Origin: Gemmatimonadota bacterium
GTDB taxonomy: Bacteria; Gemmatimonadota; Gemmatimonadetes; Gemmatimonadales; GWC2-71-9
DNA length: 64,000 nucleotides
Assembly (NCBI GenBank): GCA_036679605.1
Contig: JAZDCZ010000247.1
Coordinates: 1-64,000 of the forward strand
Direction: 5' to 3'
The translations under genes and the position numbers were made by a program. Shown in pieces: positions 9,777 through 19,134 of the stretch; position 1 is the stretch's first letter, and the number at the start of each line of letters is the position of its first letter. The notes beneath the pieces are model-generated. The model had not been told where the DNA came from and did no database searches. It worked only from the letters and a program-made list of their open reading frames with translations.

Positions 9777-9992
9777 TTAGGAAAAAAGAAGATAACGATC
9801 TGGGCATTCAATCCAGTTGACGTCGATGCGGTCGAACGTGGCTCGTACGAACTCGTTGGTTCGTTCCGTTGAGACGGGCCGTCCGCTCAACTTGAGGGCG
9901 GCTCGTTTGTGTCGGTAATGGGGGGCTTTCCCAATCGGCCCGACCTTGAGCCAGTCGTCAACCAACGCAGGGATGCCTTTGAGGATGCTCAC
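9777..9992 (-). pseudogene. Probable 5' fragment of a third gene of the minus-strand operon
   Basis: GTG overlaps the upstream gene's stop (GTGA); protein-like 'SILKGIPALVDDWL...PHYRHK' ends abruptly in AT-rich sequence. Confidence 0.35.
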
Positions 9993-10675
9993 CGCGAAGA
10001 CGTGGGCGTGTCCGAAGCCCATCCGAGATTGACTCTTCGAGCGTCTGCGATGTCGCCAAGGTTGTGCACGGTGTCCATTTCGACCTCGACACCGTACAAA
10101 CCCGCGAACGCTCGATAATCGCTGAAGCCTTCGCGAGTCTTACTGAACGAGTGCACCAGCATGACCGCCGTCGCCGCACCATATTGCTCCGCCACGATCA
10201 AGGCCGACGCTGTTCGATGCAGTAACTGGTAGCGGATATCGTCCGGCACCGGGGTGTCGAGTCCGAGCGTGCGGTGGAGAAAGTCGAGTCGCTTGGTTTG
10301 ACCGGGAGAGGCATCAACGCGCTTCTCGCCAACCGTCGGTCCGAACGTCTCATCCACTTTGCCCTCGACCGCGATGACGACGAGTCCGTCGGCCCCTTTG
10401 GCGACCACCATCAGATCGGTTTGCGATGCTCGGCTGCCTCCTGGGAGAGGCACCTTGTATTCAGGGAAAGCCGCGAGGATTTCGAGATTGGCAAGCTCGG
10501 GGGCACCGCTAAACGTCAGTGCCTGTTCGACCGGCGCGGGGAAACCTGGTGCAGCCTTCTCCCACGATTCTGCAAGGCATTTAGCAGAGCGGCCGGAGAC
10601 CCAGTGTTTCTCGGGGTCGGCGAGGAGTTGTTTCCAGTCACCCGGTCCCCGGGTTGGGAGGAAGATTCGACTCAT
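9989..10675 (-). CDS. DUF6946-like putative PD-(D/E)xK nuclease
   Basis: 'DWKQLLADPEKHW.SGRSAK.LA..W', 'FPEYKV...SQTDL...VEGKVDE.FG', 'RYQLLHRTASA'. Confidence 0.7.
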   Translation of the reverse strand: MSRIFLPTRGPGDWKQLLADPEKHWVSGRSAKCLAESWEKAAPGFPAPVEQALTFSGAPELANLEILAAFPEYKVPLPGGSRASQTDLMVVAKGADGLVVIAVEGKVDETFGPTVGEKRVDASPGQTKRLDFLHRTLGLDTPVPDDIRYQLLHRTASALIVAEQYGAATAVMLVHSFSKTREGFSDYRAFAGLYGVEVEMDTVHNLGDIADARRVNLGWASDTPTSSR

Positions 10676-11088
10676 TCGGACTCTTCTTCCAGGCCCGCGC
10701 GCAGCGCCATGTTGATCGTCATCTTGTCAAACCCCTTGGCGACCAGCAACTCGTGTACGGCGCGATTGTGCTCTTGGTTGGCCTGAGCCAACCGTCGTGC
10801 CTCAGTCGGATCGTCGCTCGTAAGGAACATCCCGTTGATGGCAGGCAGCCATTCCTCGCGCCCATCCGCATGGAGCCGCATGTGGCTGTCATCGGTCATC
10901 CGATGCGCGGCGTAGTAGTCGAGGTACTCCGCCCCAGCGTCCAACCCGAAGCCGTACTGGATCAGCCATCCCTGCTTGGTGATGGACCCGGAGGTGCCTT
11001 GAGCTACGTTTGCCCTGGGGATCCGTATCCGCCAGTGGCTGAACCGGTCGGCAAAGGCGGCGGCGAGTCGGTCTCGTGCTTGTGTCAT
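10672..11088 (-). CDS. Hypothetical protein
   Basis: GAGG before ATG 11088; ATGA overlap with the next gene; conserved-looking 'YLDYYAAHRMTDDSH' motif. Confidence 0.6.
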   Translation of the reverse strand: MTQARDRLAAAFADRFSHWRIRIPRANVAQGTSGSITKQGWLIQYGFGLDAGAEYLDYYAAHRMTDDSHMRLHADGREEWLPAINGMFLTSDDPTEARRLAQANQEHNRAVHELLVAKGFDKMTINMALRAGLEEESE

Positions 11089-11310
11089 GACCTCTAACCT
11101 AGCTGGGGGGTGTGAGATGTAATCGACGACTTCCTCGAGGATGATGTTGTCGGGCCAGTCGTCACGGCTCTGCAACATTAGGGGCGGTCCGGTTGAACCC
11201 GCTTGCTGCTCTCCGCGAACCACCTCGCTACGGAATCTCGCAGCTGGTTACGGTATTTCTGATATGCTGAATAGTTCATGGGCCCAATGTATCAGGGGAG
11301 TGTGACATTC

Positions 11311-11352
11311 TAAGGGAAAAGGGAAAAGGCAAGCTATGAAATGTGAAAAGGG
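11311..11352. repeat. Degenerate 7-bp tandem repeat tract
   Basis: TAAGGGA AAAGGGA AAAGGCA AGCTATG AAATGTG AAAAGGG. Confidence 0.5.
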
Positions 11353-11724
11353 TGATCGCGTTGCGTCTTTTGACCCAGGTTGCCCTTGAGGGCGAGCGCG
11401 GTTTTCAAACCGCGAACTATCGAAGGCTGGCCAAACCGTTCTGCGTTCTTTTGGTACTCGTTACAAGAAACAGGTTTGGTCTGAAACCTAGTATGCAGCA
11501 CTTTGAGGCATTTGGGGGGACTTTGAGATCAACAATTGTGATCTCAACAATGATGGGAGGAGGACGAAAGGAGGGACAGGCAGCATGTATTCAATCGCTA
11601 CACGGACGCTACAGACCTCCAACCGAATACCTGACACCATGATCGTGACAAGAAACACGACATCCTGTCGCGATCACACCCTGCTTCGGATGGAGCAAGG
11701 GGAATCCCGACATCAAGTAGCGCC

Positions 11725-11928
11725 ATGGCATTCACCGAATCTGTCATCGAACAAGCTGCCCTCGCTTGGCTCGAAAGCCTCGGCTGGAACGTCATGCACG
11801 GCCCGAACATCGCGCCCGACACACCCACCGCCGAGCGCAGCGACTACGGGCAGGTGGAGTTGACGCAGGAGAATGCGGACGAGACTTGGGCGAAGCGCAC
11901 GCGCGGCACGAGGGGTGCGAGATCGTGA
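11725..11928 (+). pseudogene. hsdR: Type I restriction endonuclease HsdR N-terminal stub fused to an unrelated tail
   Basis: [28 protein letters not shown]....AERSDYGQV is a typical HsdR N-terminus; the frame ends after 67 aa. Confidence 0.8.
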
Positions 11929-13349
11929 TCTCGGCAGAAAACATCGCCGCCTGGGCCGCCACCGGCGAGTCTGAGAGGCTCGAGTTCAAGCGGAGCACGG
12001 GACAGCGCCGGGAAGCCGCGCGAACCATGTGTGCGATGCTCAACCATCGAGGCGGTCGGGTGCTGTTCGGCGTCGAGCCCGATGGTCGGGTCGTGGGCCA
12101 GCAGGTCAGCGATCACACCGTCGAGGAGGTCGTGCAAGAGCTGCGGGAGATCGACCCACCGGCATTTCCGACCATCGATCGGGTCGATCTCGGGGAGGGT
12201 CGGGATGTGCTGGTGGTCAGCGTCTCTGCGGGACAGAACCGACCGTACAGCTTTCGCGGGCAGGCCTACCGCCGGGTGGGCAATACTAGTCCGGCGATGT
12301 CGCGCGACGAGTACAACCGCGTGCTACTGGAGCAGCTTCACGGCGAGCACCGCTGGGAGAACGAACCGACGGCGGGCTGGACCGCTGCCGACCTCGATCT
12401 CGCCCAGATCGTGCGAACGGTGGAGGAAGCGATCCGTTGGGGACGCGCCGAAGATCCCGGAACGCGTGACCCGAACGAACTGTTGCGGGGCCTGGGACTG
12501 ATTCGGGATACACACGTGTTGCGCGCCGCCGCCGTGCTGTTCGGGCGCGCGGAGCGGCTGGAGGCGGAGTACACGCAGTGCCTCTTGCGTGTGGCGAAGT
12601 TCCGCGGCACGGACCGAACGGAGTTCCTCGATAACCGGCAGTTCCACGGGAACGTGTTCGAGCTGCTCCTGCATGCGGAGCGCTTTCTGCGTGAGAACCT
12701 TCCGGTGGCCGGCCGCATCACCGCAGGGCTCTTCGAGCGTGTGGACGATCCGATCTATCCACCGGAGGCGCTACGCGAGGCGCTGGCCAATGCCTTCTGT
12801 CACCGCGACTACGCGATCGGCGGCGGATCGGTAGCCGTTGCGATCTACGACGACCGGTTGGAGGTCACCTCGTCCGGCCCACTCCACTTCGGCCTGACCG
12901 CAGAGGCGCTGTTCGAGCCGCACGAGTCCTTGCCTTGGAACCCGCTCATCGCCCGGGTCCTGTACCGGCGAGGCATCATCGAGACCTGGGGCCGGGGAAC
13001 CATCAAGATGGCCGAGCTGGTGAAGCTCGCGGGGTTGCCTCCCCCGGAGATCGAGGACGCCGGAGGATGCGTAACGGTGCGGTTCCGCCCCAGCCGCTAC
13101 ATACCTCCGCAACGCGTTGGTCATGATCTCAGCGAGCGGCAGCAGTTCCTGCTTGAACTGATCTCGGCCCGATCCGACGGGGTCGCCCTCAGGGAGATGC
13201 GGGCAGCTCTCGGGGACCAGCCCGCCGAATGGGAAGTCAAGGACGACCTTGGCCTGCTCAAGAAGGTGGGGCTGATCCAACCGCGCGGACGCGGACGCGG
13301 TGCGGTCTGGCTCCTCGTGAAGCAGCCTGGGGGAGGGTCCGACTCATGA
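11925..13349 (+). CDS. AlbA_2 (Schlafen-like) + RecG_C/HATPase_c_4 + winged-helix protein
   Basis: '[11 protein letters not shown]...CAMLN..GG..LFGV', '[16 protein letters not shown]', 'NP.IA......G.IE..G.G', C-terminal wHTH 'GRGRGAVW'; GTGA overlap start. Confidence 0.9.
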   Translation: MISAENIAAWAATGESERLEFKRSTGQRREAARTMCAMLNHRGGRVLFGVEPDGRVVGQQVSDHTVEEVVQELREIDPPAFPTIDRVDLGEGRDVLVVSVSAGQNRPYSFRGQAYRRVGNTSPAMSRDEYNRVLLEQLHGEHRWENEPTAGWTAADLDLAQIVRTVEEAIRWGRAEDPGTRDPNELLRGLGLIRDTHVLRAAAVLFGRAERLEAEYTQCLLRVAKFRGTDRTEFLDNRQFHGNVFELLLHAERFLRENLPVAGRITAGLFERVDDPIYPPEALREALANAFCHRDYAIGGGSVAVAIYDDRLEVTSSGPLHFGLTAEALFEPHESLPWNPLIARVLYRRGIIETWGRGTIKMAELVKLAGLPPPEIEDAGGCVTVRFRPSRYIPPQRVGHDLSERQQFLLELISARSDGVALREMRAALGDQPAEWEVKDDLGLLKKVGLIQPRGRGRGAVWLLVKQPGGGSDS

Positions 13350-13350
13350 A

Positions 13351-13494
13351 CTCCCATTCCACTCCCATTCCACTCCCATTCCACTCCAATTCCCGCGACC
13401 AGCCGTCGCGCGAATGCCGGAAGTGATGCCACAACAATGGGTTAGGGCGTTCGGACGGCCCCCCTCCCATTCCCGCTCATTCCCCTCCCATTTT
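13351..13494. repeat. 11-bp tandem repeat (CTCCCATTCCA x3+) plus a second degenerate cluster
   Basis: CTCCCATTCCA three times then CTCCAATTCC from 13351; CTCCCATTCC CGCTCATTCC CCTCCCATT near 13464-13492. Confidence 0.8.
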
Positions 13495-13535
13495 GGATCT
13501 GCGGCCGGGAGGCCTGAGGCGGGAGCGGTGACACC

Positions 13536-13577
13536 ATGAGCGGCTTCACCGAATCCGTCGTCGAAGACGCCGCCCTC
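13536..13577 (+). pseudogene. hsdR: Second HsdR N-terminal stub (MSGFTESVVEDAAL)
   Basis: 28 of 33 nt identical to 11731-11763; breaks into an NYN fragment. Confidence 0.65.
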
Positions 13578-13579
13578 AC

Positions 13580-13921
13580 GTCGCCGCGGACAACGCATTC
13601 TGGAACCACTTTTGGGCTCACAAGCCGGCGATGCTCGGCCGCCAGGGTCTGCACATCTATAGCCGACCGCTTCGCTACCGTAACAGACACGTCCGGCTGT
13701 CCGATGGGCGCGAGCACACGTTCCTTACGGGAGAGGAGAGGGGGATCGACGTTCGGATCGCCCTGGACGTCATCCGCATGGCGCACCGGCGAGAGTACGA
13801 CGTGGCCCTCCTGTTCAGCCAGGACCAGGATCTCTCCGAGGCGGCCGACGAGATCGACCGGATCACCGACGACGCTTGCCTCGACCCGCGCGACTATCGG
13901 CCCAAAGGGAGTCTCTCCTAG
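13580..13921 (+). pseudogene. NYN (LabA/DUF88) domain protein fragment
   Basis: 'DNAFWNHFW...GRQG...RPLRYRN...GEERGIDVRIALD...ALLFSQDQDL'; N-terminus missing and probably internally deleted. Confidence 0.7.
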
Positions 13922-13929
13922 TGCTGCAG

Positions 13930-14238
13930 TCCTGCGAGAAAACGGCCCCGATCCAGGAGCAGAAACAACCGAAGAAACGTCGGCGCGATCATGCCGGGAC
14001 CTGTATCGATCCCCGTATTCAAGCGGTCGATGGTAGGTCGGTTTGTCTGGTATCGTGTAGGCGCAGTCCTGAGTCAGTGTTCTTGAGATGGAAAGACACC
14101 GAACAATTGCCCGAAGGCGACTTGTTCGTAAGGAGCGGGCCGGGGACTGTGAAATTGTCACGGGAAGATGAGAGGGAGTATGTGGCTACGCGGTTTCCGA
14201 AGGCGGCGTATTCTTCTGGATTGGCGGGAACGAATTAA
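13930..14238 (+). pseudogene. C-terminal fragment of an AlbA_2-type domain protein
   Basis: 'DGRSVCLVSCRRSPESVFL...LFVRSGPGTVKL...EYVATRF' resembles AlbA_2 C-termini; no proper start. Confidence 0.45.
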
Positions 14239-14282
14239 GAGCAACAGCGACGGATTGAGGACGCGAATAGAATGTGTCGAAG

Positions 14283-14338
14283 GCCGCCAAGATCGCCGCC
14301 AGTGATTTCACCGTAACACCGCTCTCACCGCGTTCCAG
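14283..14338 (-). pseudogene. XRE-HTH gene fragment (copy 1)
   Basis: Reads LERGESGVTVKSLAAILAA; near-duplicate of 15115-15170. Confidence 0.65.
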
Positions 14339-14473
14339 TGGAGGTGGAGGCATTCAAAGTTCCTATTGGATTATCTTGAAAGGAACATGTCTCAAGGAAG
14401 GCGGATGGCGAAGAAACGTTTGCCCAGGGAGCAGGGGAACCCTGACCTCAATCCCGAGCGATGCACCAACGCC

Positions 14474-14950
14474 ATGCTCTCCCGGTTCAGAGTGGTTACC
14501 TCGTCTCTTGTGCTGAGCACCACTGTGCTCGTCGTCGCCTGCGCCGGGCCGGGCGGCCCCTCGGTCGAGGAACTGGTGCGAGCCCCTCAGACGCAATTCA
14601 TAGACGGCCATGCATACGCGTTGCGCGTGGATCTCTGGCGGGACTTCCAGCCGGGCGGGCCACCGAGCGGCCTCATTGCCCTCGTCGAACTCGTCGAGCG
14701 GGATTCCCTGGCAATCCCGAGCGGCGTGGACGTGGACCATTTGTGGGTCTGGGGTGGAGCAGAACTCTGGGAGGCGTCTCTAGTCGACGAGGGACACATC
14801 TCCTCGCCGTGGGTTCTTGTGCGACTGGGCCGTGATGGACCGTCGTGGGAGACCGGACGCGCGGTCGACCTCGCGGTCCGCATCGTTACTGATGCGGCAA
14901 TCAGCCACTTGTTGGGACTGGCGAACCAAACCACGGCGGCCGTGTATTGA
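14474..14950 (+). CDS. Hypothetical lipoprotein
   Basis: Signal peptide with lipobox LVVAC; protein-like 'LWRDFQPGGPP...GPSW' body. Confidence 0.6.
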   Translation: MLSRFRVVTSSLVLSTTVLVVACAGPGGPSVEELVRAPQTQFIDGHAYALRVDLWRDFQPGGPPSGLIALVELVERDSLAIPSGVDVDHLWVWGGAELWEASLVDEGHISSPWVLVRLGRDGPSWETGRAVDLAVRIVTDAAISHLLGLANQTTAAVY

Positions 14951-14959
14951 GGGGCAGCT

Positions 14960-15017
14960 ACCTAATAAGCAACTGGACTTGGCGAGCGCATACCTGTTGA
15001 AGGGACTGTCGTTGATG
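14960..15017 (+). other. Truncated attC-like left arm
   Basis: ACCTAAT-AAGCA-ACTGGACTTGGCGAGC 9 nt after a stop codon resembles R''/L'' boxes; right arm absent. Confidence 0.35.
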
Positions 15018-15035
15018 AGCACTACGTGAGCGGGA

Positions 15036-15198
15036 TTAGCTCCGTCTCCTCGGTGTCCGCGGCCTCACTACCTCTTTGAACGGCCTGAAGAACTGACCTA
15101 GGATGACATCCAGCGCCGCCAAGATCGCCCGCCAGTGTCTCCACCGTAACGCCGCTCTCACCCCGTTCTAACCTACCCACATAGGTACGGTGTGCACC
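15036..15198 (-). pseudogene. Frameshifted XRE-HTH gene fragment (copy 2)
   Basis: HRTYVGRLERGESGVTVETLA; one extra base at ~15128-15130; removing it restores AILAALDVILGQFFRPF...* (TAA at 15036). Confidence 0.75.
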
Positions 15199-15367
15199 TG
15201 GCCTTGTGGGCCAGAGATTCCTGGGATGTAATCTCCGCCTCCTGCCGACGACGAAGTTCCCACCGCGCCCGCTGACACTGACGCTGCCGCTGCCACCTCT
15301 GCCTTCGGCCTTCCGGTCATTCTGCACAGGGGTTACTAAGTACCGGCATAGAATATATAGAATAAGA

Positions 15368-15411
15368 TATTGACAATTGTTGTGATATATATTACAATAT
15401 GACAGTCAATA
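15368..15411 (+). promoter_or_regulatory. sigma70 promoter with overlapping operator for hipBA
   Basis: TTGACA (15370)-17 nt-TACAAT (15393); inverted repeats TATTGAC/GTCAATA and TTGTGATAT/ATATTACAA. Confidence 0.75.
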
Positions 15412-15468
15412 CTTTATGCTATATTGTTATTATTCTCAACATATCATACTATATGAAAACTAAAAAAT

Positions 15469-15813
15469 ATGCCCGGTTCTGATATACTGCGAGTCCTCTC
15501 CGAAACACGAGGCGCGCTTTCACTCAGCCAGGCCACACTAGCTCGGAAGCTCGGGCTCACCCAAGCGCAGATCTCTCTTATTGAGAGAGGTTTGAGCGAT
15601 CCTCGGTTTTCGACCCTGCAGAACATCGCGGGCGCATTGGACCTCCAGCTCATGCTCGTCCCCAGACAGCTTGGACCGGTGGTCGCGACTCTGATCGCTG
15701 ATTCTCTGGTCACTCAAGATTCTGTATCGGATGCCGACTTCGAGCCGCCACTCTATCGACTCGAGTCGCAAGACCATGCTGCTCTGAGTTCGGCGTCGGA
15801 TGTCGTCAAATAA
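15469..15813 (+). CDS. hipB: HipB-like XRE-HTH antitoxin
   Basis: 'LSQATLARKLGLTQAQISLIERG..DPRFSTL'; overlaps the hipA start. Confidence 0.85.
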   Translation: MPGSDILRVLSETRGALSLSQATLARKLGLTQAQISLIERGLSDPRFSTLQNIAGALDLQLMLVPRQLGPVVATLIADSLVTQDSVSDADFEPPLYRLESQDHAALSSASDVVK

Positions 15814-17041
15814 GCTGGGTACGCCGGCCGTTTCAGTTCTCGAGGTACTCCTGGGAAACGATCTTGTCGGGACGCTAACACACGTTCCCGACGGACGGAC
15901 TTTCTGGGCCTTTGATAGCTCCTACACCGACAATCCTAGTCGACCCACATTGAGCCTCTCCTTCAAAGCCGCGTCCGGAGGACTAAGAACAGCGACCAAA
16001 CCAACGAGCTTGAAGCTGCCGCCCTTCTTTTCCAACGTCCTTCCCGAAGGCCATCTACGGGATTACCTAGCGGCCAAAGGTCCTGTGAATCCCGAGCGAG
16101 AATTCTTCCTCTTGTGGCTGCTCGGCGAAGATCTGCCGGGGGCAATCCGAGTACGACCAGTTTCCGGCCAACCACTTCCGCCAACTGTGTCCGAGGCAGC
16201 CAAAGAAGCAGATGGCGACGCTGTCGATGAACTGTTGCGATTTTCGCTGGCCGGGGTCCAACTAAAGTTCTCCGCCATCGTGGAACCTAGCGGGGGTCTG
16301 ACCATCCCCGCCCAGGGTGTGGGGGGTACATGGATTGCAAAGCTTCCTTCAGCGCGATTCAGAGCCGTGCCTGAGAACGAATTCGTCATGCTCAAGCTTG
16401 CCGCAGCGGCGGGGATCGTAACTCCCGAGGCCCGCCTCGTGTCTCTCGACAAATTTCGCAACATCCCCCGGGACACTTTCACGAGTTCAGGTCCGGCGCT
16501 TGTGGTGCGGCGCTTCGACAGAGGTGCGGACGGTGCACGGGTCCATATGGAGGATTTTGCCCAGGTCTTCGGTGTGTTCCCGCATGACAAATACAAGAAC
16601 GCTAGTTACGAAGACGTCGCGCGAGTCCTTTGGGCGGAGACGGGTGAGCCCGGCGTTGCAGAGTTCACCCGACGTCTGGTCATGACGGCTTTGATTGGGA
16701 ACGCCGACATGCACCTCAAGAACTGGTCGTTACTCTATCCTGACAGAAGAACACCCGTCCTAAGTCCAGCGTATGACTTGGTTAGCACCGTCTCCTACAT
16801 CAAGGACGATGAGATGGCGCTGAGCCTAGGAGGGTCAAAGTCATTCATGCTGGACGAAGAGCGTTTATTGCGATTCGCGCAGCGTGCCAACCTCGCTGAT
16901 CGAATTGTTAAGCAGGTTGCTGTCGAAACGGCTGAGCGGGTGAGAGATGCGTGGACATCGCTTCCCGAGAAGGAGCTTCTTCCGAAGGAGAGCATAGCGG
17001 CGATCGACGCCCAAATGAGGCTCGTACCGCTGGGTCAGTAA
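15800..17041 (+). CDS. hipA: HipA-family Ser/Thr kinase toxin
   Basis: 'FSLAGVQLK', 'RRFDR', 'HMEDFAQ', 'GNADMHLKNWS', 'LSPAYD'. Confidence 0.95.
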   Translation: MSSNKLGTPAVSVLEVLLGNDLVGTLTHVPDGRTFWAFDSSYTDNPSRPTLSLSFKAASGGLRTATKPTSLKLPPFFSNVLPEGHLRDYLAAKGPVNPEREFFLLWLLGEDLPGAIRVRPVSGQPLPPTVSEAAKEADGDAVDELLRFSLAGVQLKFSAIVEPSGGLTIPAQGVGGTWIAKLPSARFRAVPENEFVMLKLAAAAGIVTPEARLVSLDKFRNIPRDTFTSSGPALVVRRFDRGADGARVHMEDFAQVFGVFPHDKYKNASYEDVARVLWAETGEPGVAEFTRRLVMTALIGNADMHLKNWSLLYPDRRTPVLSPAYDLVSTVSYIKDDEMALSLGGSKSFMLDEERLLRFAQRANLADRIVKQVAVETAERVRDAWTSLPEKELLPKESIAAIDAQMRLVPLGQ

Positions 17042-17120
17042 TCGGGCTTGAACTTACACATTTTCAGAGAGGAACGCCGCAAAAGATCGTTTGATTGGTG
17101 ACGAACCGTCGTGAACCATT

Positions 17121-19127
17121 TCACCGCCGATCCCTATCCCACACGTCGTTGCGCCGGTCCGTGTCGGGAAACACATGCGCTGCGTCGATCTCAACTCGCA
17201 CAACTGGTGAGACGGACGGGACCATCAACTCGGCGGTCGTCTTGCCCTCCAGCCATGTCTCTACCGGAACTTCCTCTACTGTGACATCGCCGTTCGCAAG
17301 AGTAATGGTCACACGGGCCGGCATCGGTAATAGCCCACGGTCCTCGATCACTATCAACGTTTGGCGGGAACCAGGTCTTACGCTGGCGACCGCATGGTCC
17401 AGCGTCCACGTTTCGTAATACCAGGAACGCCAAAACCAATCGAGGTTCTGCCCGCTAGCGGTGTTGAATGTGTTGAACAAGTCCCAAGGGGTGGGATGCT
17501 TGAATGCCCAGTTGTGAATGAACGTGTGGAATCCACGCTCGAATGTCTCCGTGCCGATCAGTCCGCGCAACGCCATCAGAACGGATGCCGGCTTGGAGTA
17601 GGAAGCAGTGCCGTAGGCCGGTCGCGAGTAGTGAAAGTCACTGCGGCGCATGAGTTCGCCCTCGATCCCGAGGTTCGCTATCTGAAGATATTGGGCCCGC
17701 TCCGGAGCTTCGTGGTCTACATCGGGATAGAATTCGTTCTCGGCTTGCGTGGTGTTGAATTGCGTCGTTCCCTCGTCGATCCAGGCGTATCTGCGCTCGT
17801 CACTGCTGATCGTCATGGGAAACCACATGTGACCTAGCTCGTGGGCTGTCACGCTGTAGAGCGCTGCGGCCTCACCGTCCTGGTATCCCCCGATCAACGT
17901 CATCATTGGGAACTCCATGCCGCCTTGGATGATGCCGTTTCCCTCAACCACTGTCATGTGGGGCCAGGGATAGGGCAGAGTCGTGAAGCGGGATAGGAAA
18001 TCGATACTGTGCTGGGCGTAGCGCCACGCCTGACTCCAGTTGGGTGCAGACGTGCGCCACAGTGCATGGACGGTTGCATAATCTGTGTTTCCATCGCCAT
18101 CACGATCTCCTACGGGAGTTCGGGCTGCGTCCCAAAGCGATTGTCTTGTTGCACTAAATACCACGTCCCGAACGCTGTCACTGTGGAATTGCCACTTGAG
18201 GTATCCGTTATCTACGGTGGTCAACGTCGCTTTACCGGGGCCCAGGTCAGCCTCAGTGAGAATGTGTACGACGTTATCGCTCTGTGCGGCCTGGGCGATG
18301 CGTGCAATGATGGATGCGGGCAGCACCTCCTCCGGATTCTGCAGTGAACCGGTGGCCGATATGACCCAACCCTCCGGAGCCTCGACCGTCAGGTCGTAGT
18401 TGCCGAAGCCTGCGTAGAACTCGGAGCCTCCGGTGAACTGATCGAGTTGCCAGCCGGAGAATCCTGCCGCCGTTGAAAAGTCTTGCAAGTCATCGTACAC
18501 GGCCGTCTGCGGATACCAGTAGGCTATGTGAAATAGGTTGTCACTATCGAACCCCATGCGCTCGCTCGCCCCCTTTTGCGGAATCTGGAACGCCCACTCC
18601 AGCTCGATCGTGACTGAGTCGCCGGTCGCCACTGGTCGCGGCAGTAGCACGATCATGTTGGTGCCGTTCATCAAATATCCTGCACCTTCGCGGGGGCTCG
18701 CGATCTGGTGGAGACTCTGGTCTGCGACAGCAACGCGCCCGAGCTGTATTCCGCCGGTCACTTCCTGTTGTTCGTTTCGCTGTGCGCCTGGTGCATGCAG
18801 GTTCTGCAGTAGTTGAAGCGCTACGAACCGGAGCGGGTTGGGCGAGCGGTTGTGGTAGACGAGGTGCGCGCTTCCCGCCAGCAGCTTCTCCTCAGGGATG
18901 AGGCGCGCACGCAATGTGTAGTCGGTCCACTGTTGCCAGTATGCCGGACCGGGCTCACCAGTCATGGTCCGGGTACCTTGCTCAACCGCCTGCTGAAAAT
19001 TGGCAGGCGGAACGACCGGATACGGTATCGGGCGCCGCGTGGGTTTAGATTGCCCGAACAGAGATCCCGCGCTGCCTGTAGAGATGACTAGCGTCGCCAA
19101 GCATACGGCTCTTGCAATCATTGCCAT
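17121..19127 (-). CDS. Secreted M1-family zinc aminopeptidase
   Basis: GGMEFP and HELGH...DEG motifs; signal peptide; AGGAG before ATG 19127. Confidence 0.9.
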   Translation of the reverse strand: MAMIARAVCLATLVISTGSAGSLFGQSKPTRRPIPYPVVPPANFQQAVEQGTRTMTGEPGPAYWQQWTDYTLRARLIPEEKLLAGSAHLVYHNRSPNPLRFVALQLLQNLHAPGAQRNEQQEVTGGIQLGRVAVADQSLHQIASPREGAGYLMNGTNMIVLLPRPVATGDSVTIELEWAFQIPQKGASERMGFDSDNLFHIAYWYPQTAVYDDLQDFSTAAGFSGWQLDQFTGGSEFYAGFGNYDLTVEAPEGWVISATGSLQNPEEVLPASIIARIAQAAQSDNVVHILTEADLGPGKATLTTVDNGYLKWQFHSDSVRDVVFSATRQSLWDAARTPVGDRDGDGNTDYATVHALWRTSAPNWSQAWRYAQHSIDFLSRFTTLPYPWPHMTVVEGNGIIQGGMEFPMMTLIGGYQDGEAAALYSVTAHELGHMWFPMTISSDERRYAWIDEGTTQFNTTQAENEFYPDVDHEAPERAQYLQIANLGIEGELMRRSDFHYSRPAYGTASYSKPASVLMALRGLIGTETFERGFHTFIHNWAFKHPTPWDLFNTFNTASGQNLDWFWRSWYYETWTLDHAVASVRPGSRQTLIVIEDRGLLPMPARVTITLANGDVTVEEVPVETWLEGKTTAELMVPSVSPVVRVEIDAAHVFPDTDRRNDVWDRDRR

Positions 19128-19134
19128 ATCTCCT

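Noticed and set aside
13351..13394. 11-bp tandem repeat as CRISPR, or as coding sequence (ORFs 13121-13432, 13229-13426)
   Set aside because: No spacers; the translations are low-complexity artefacts of the repeat.
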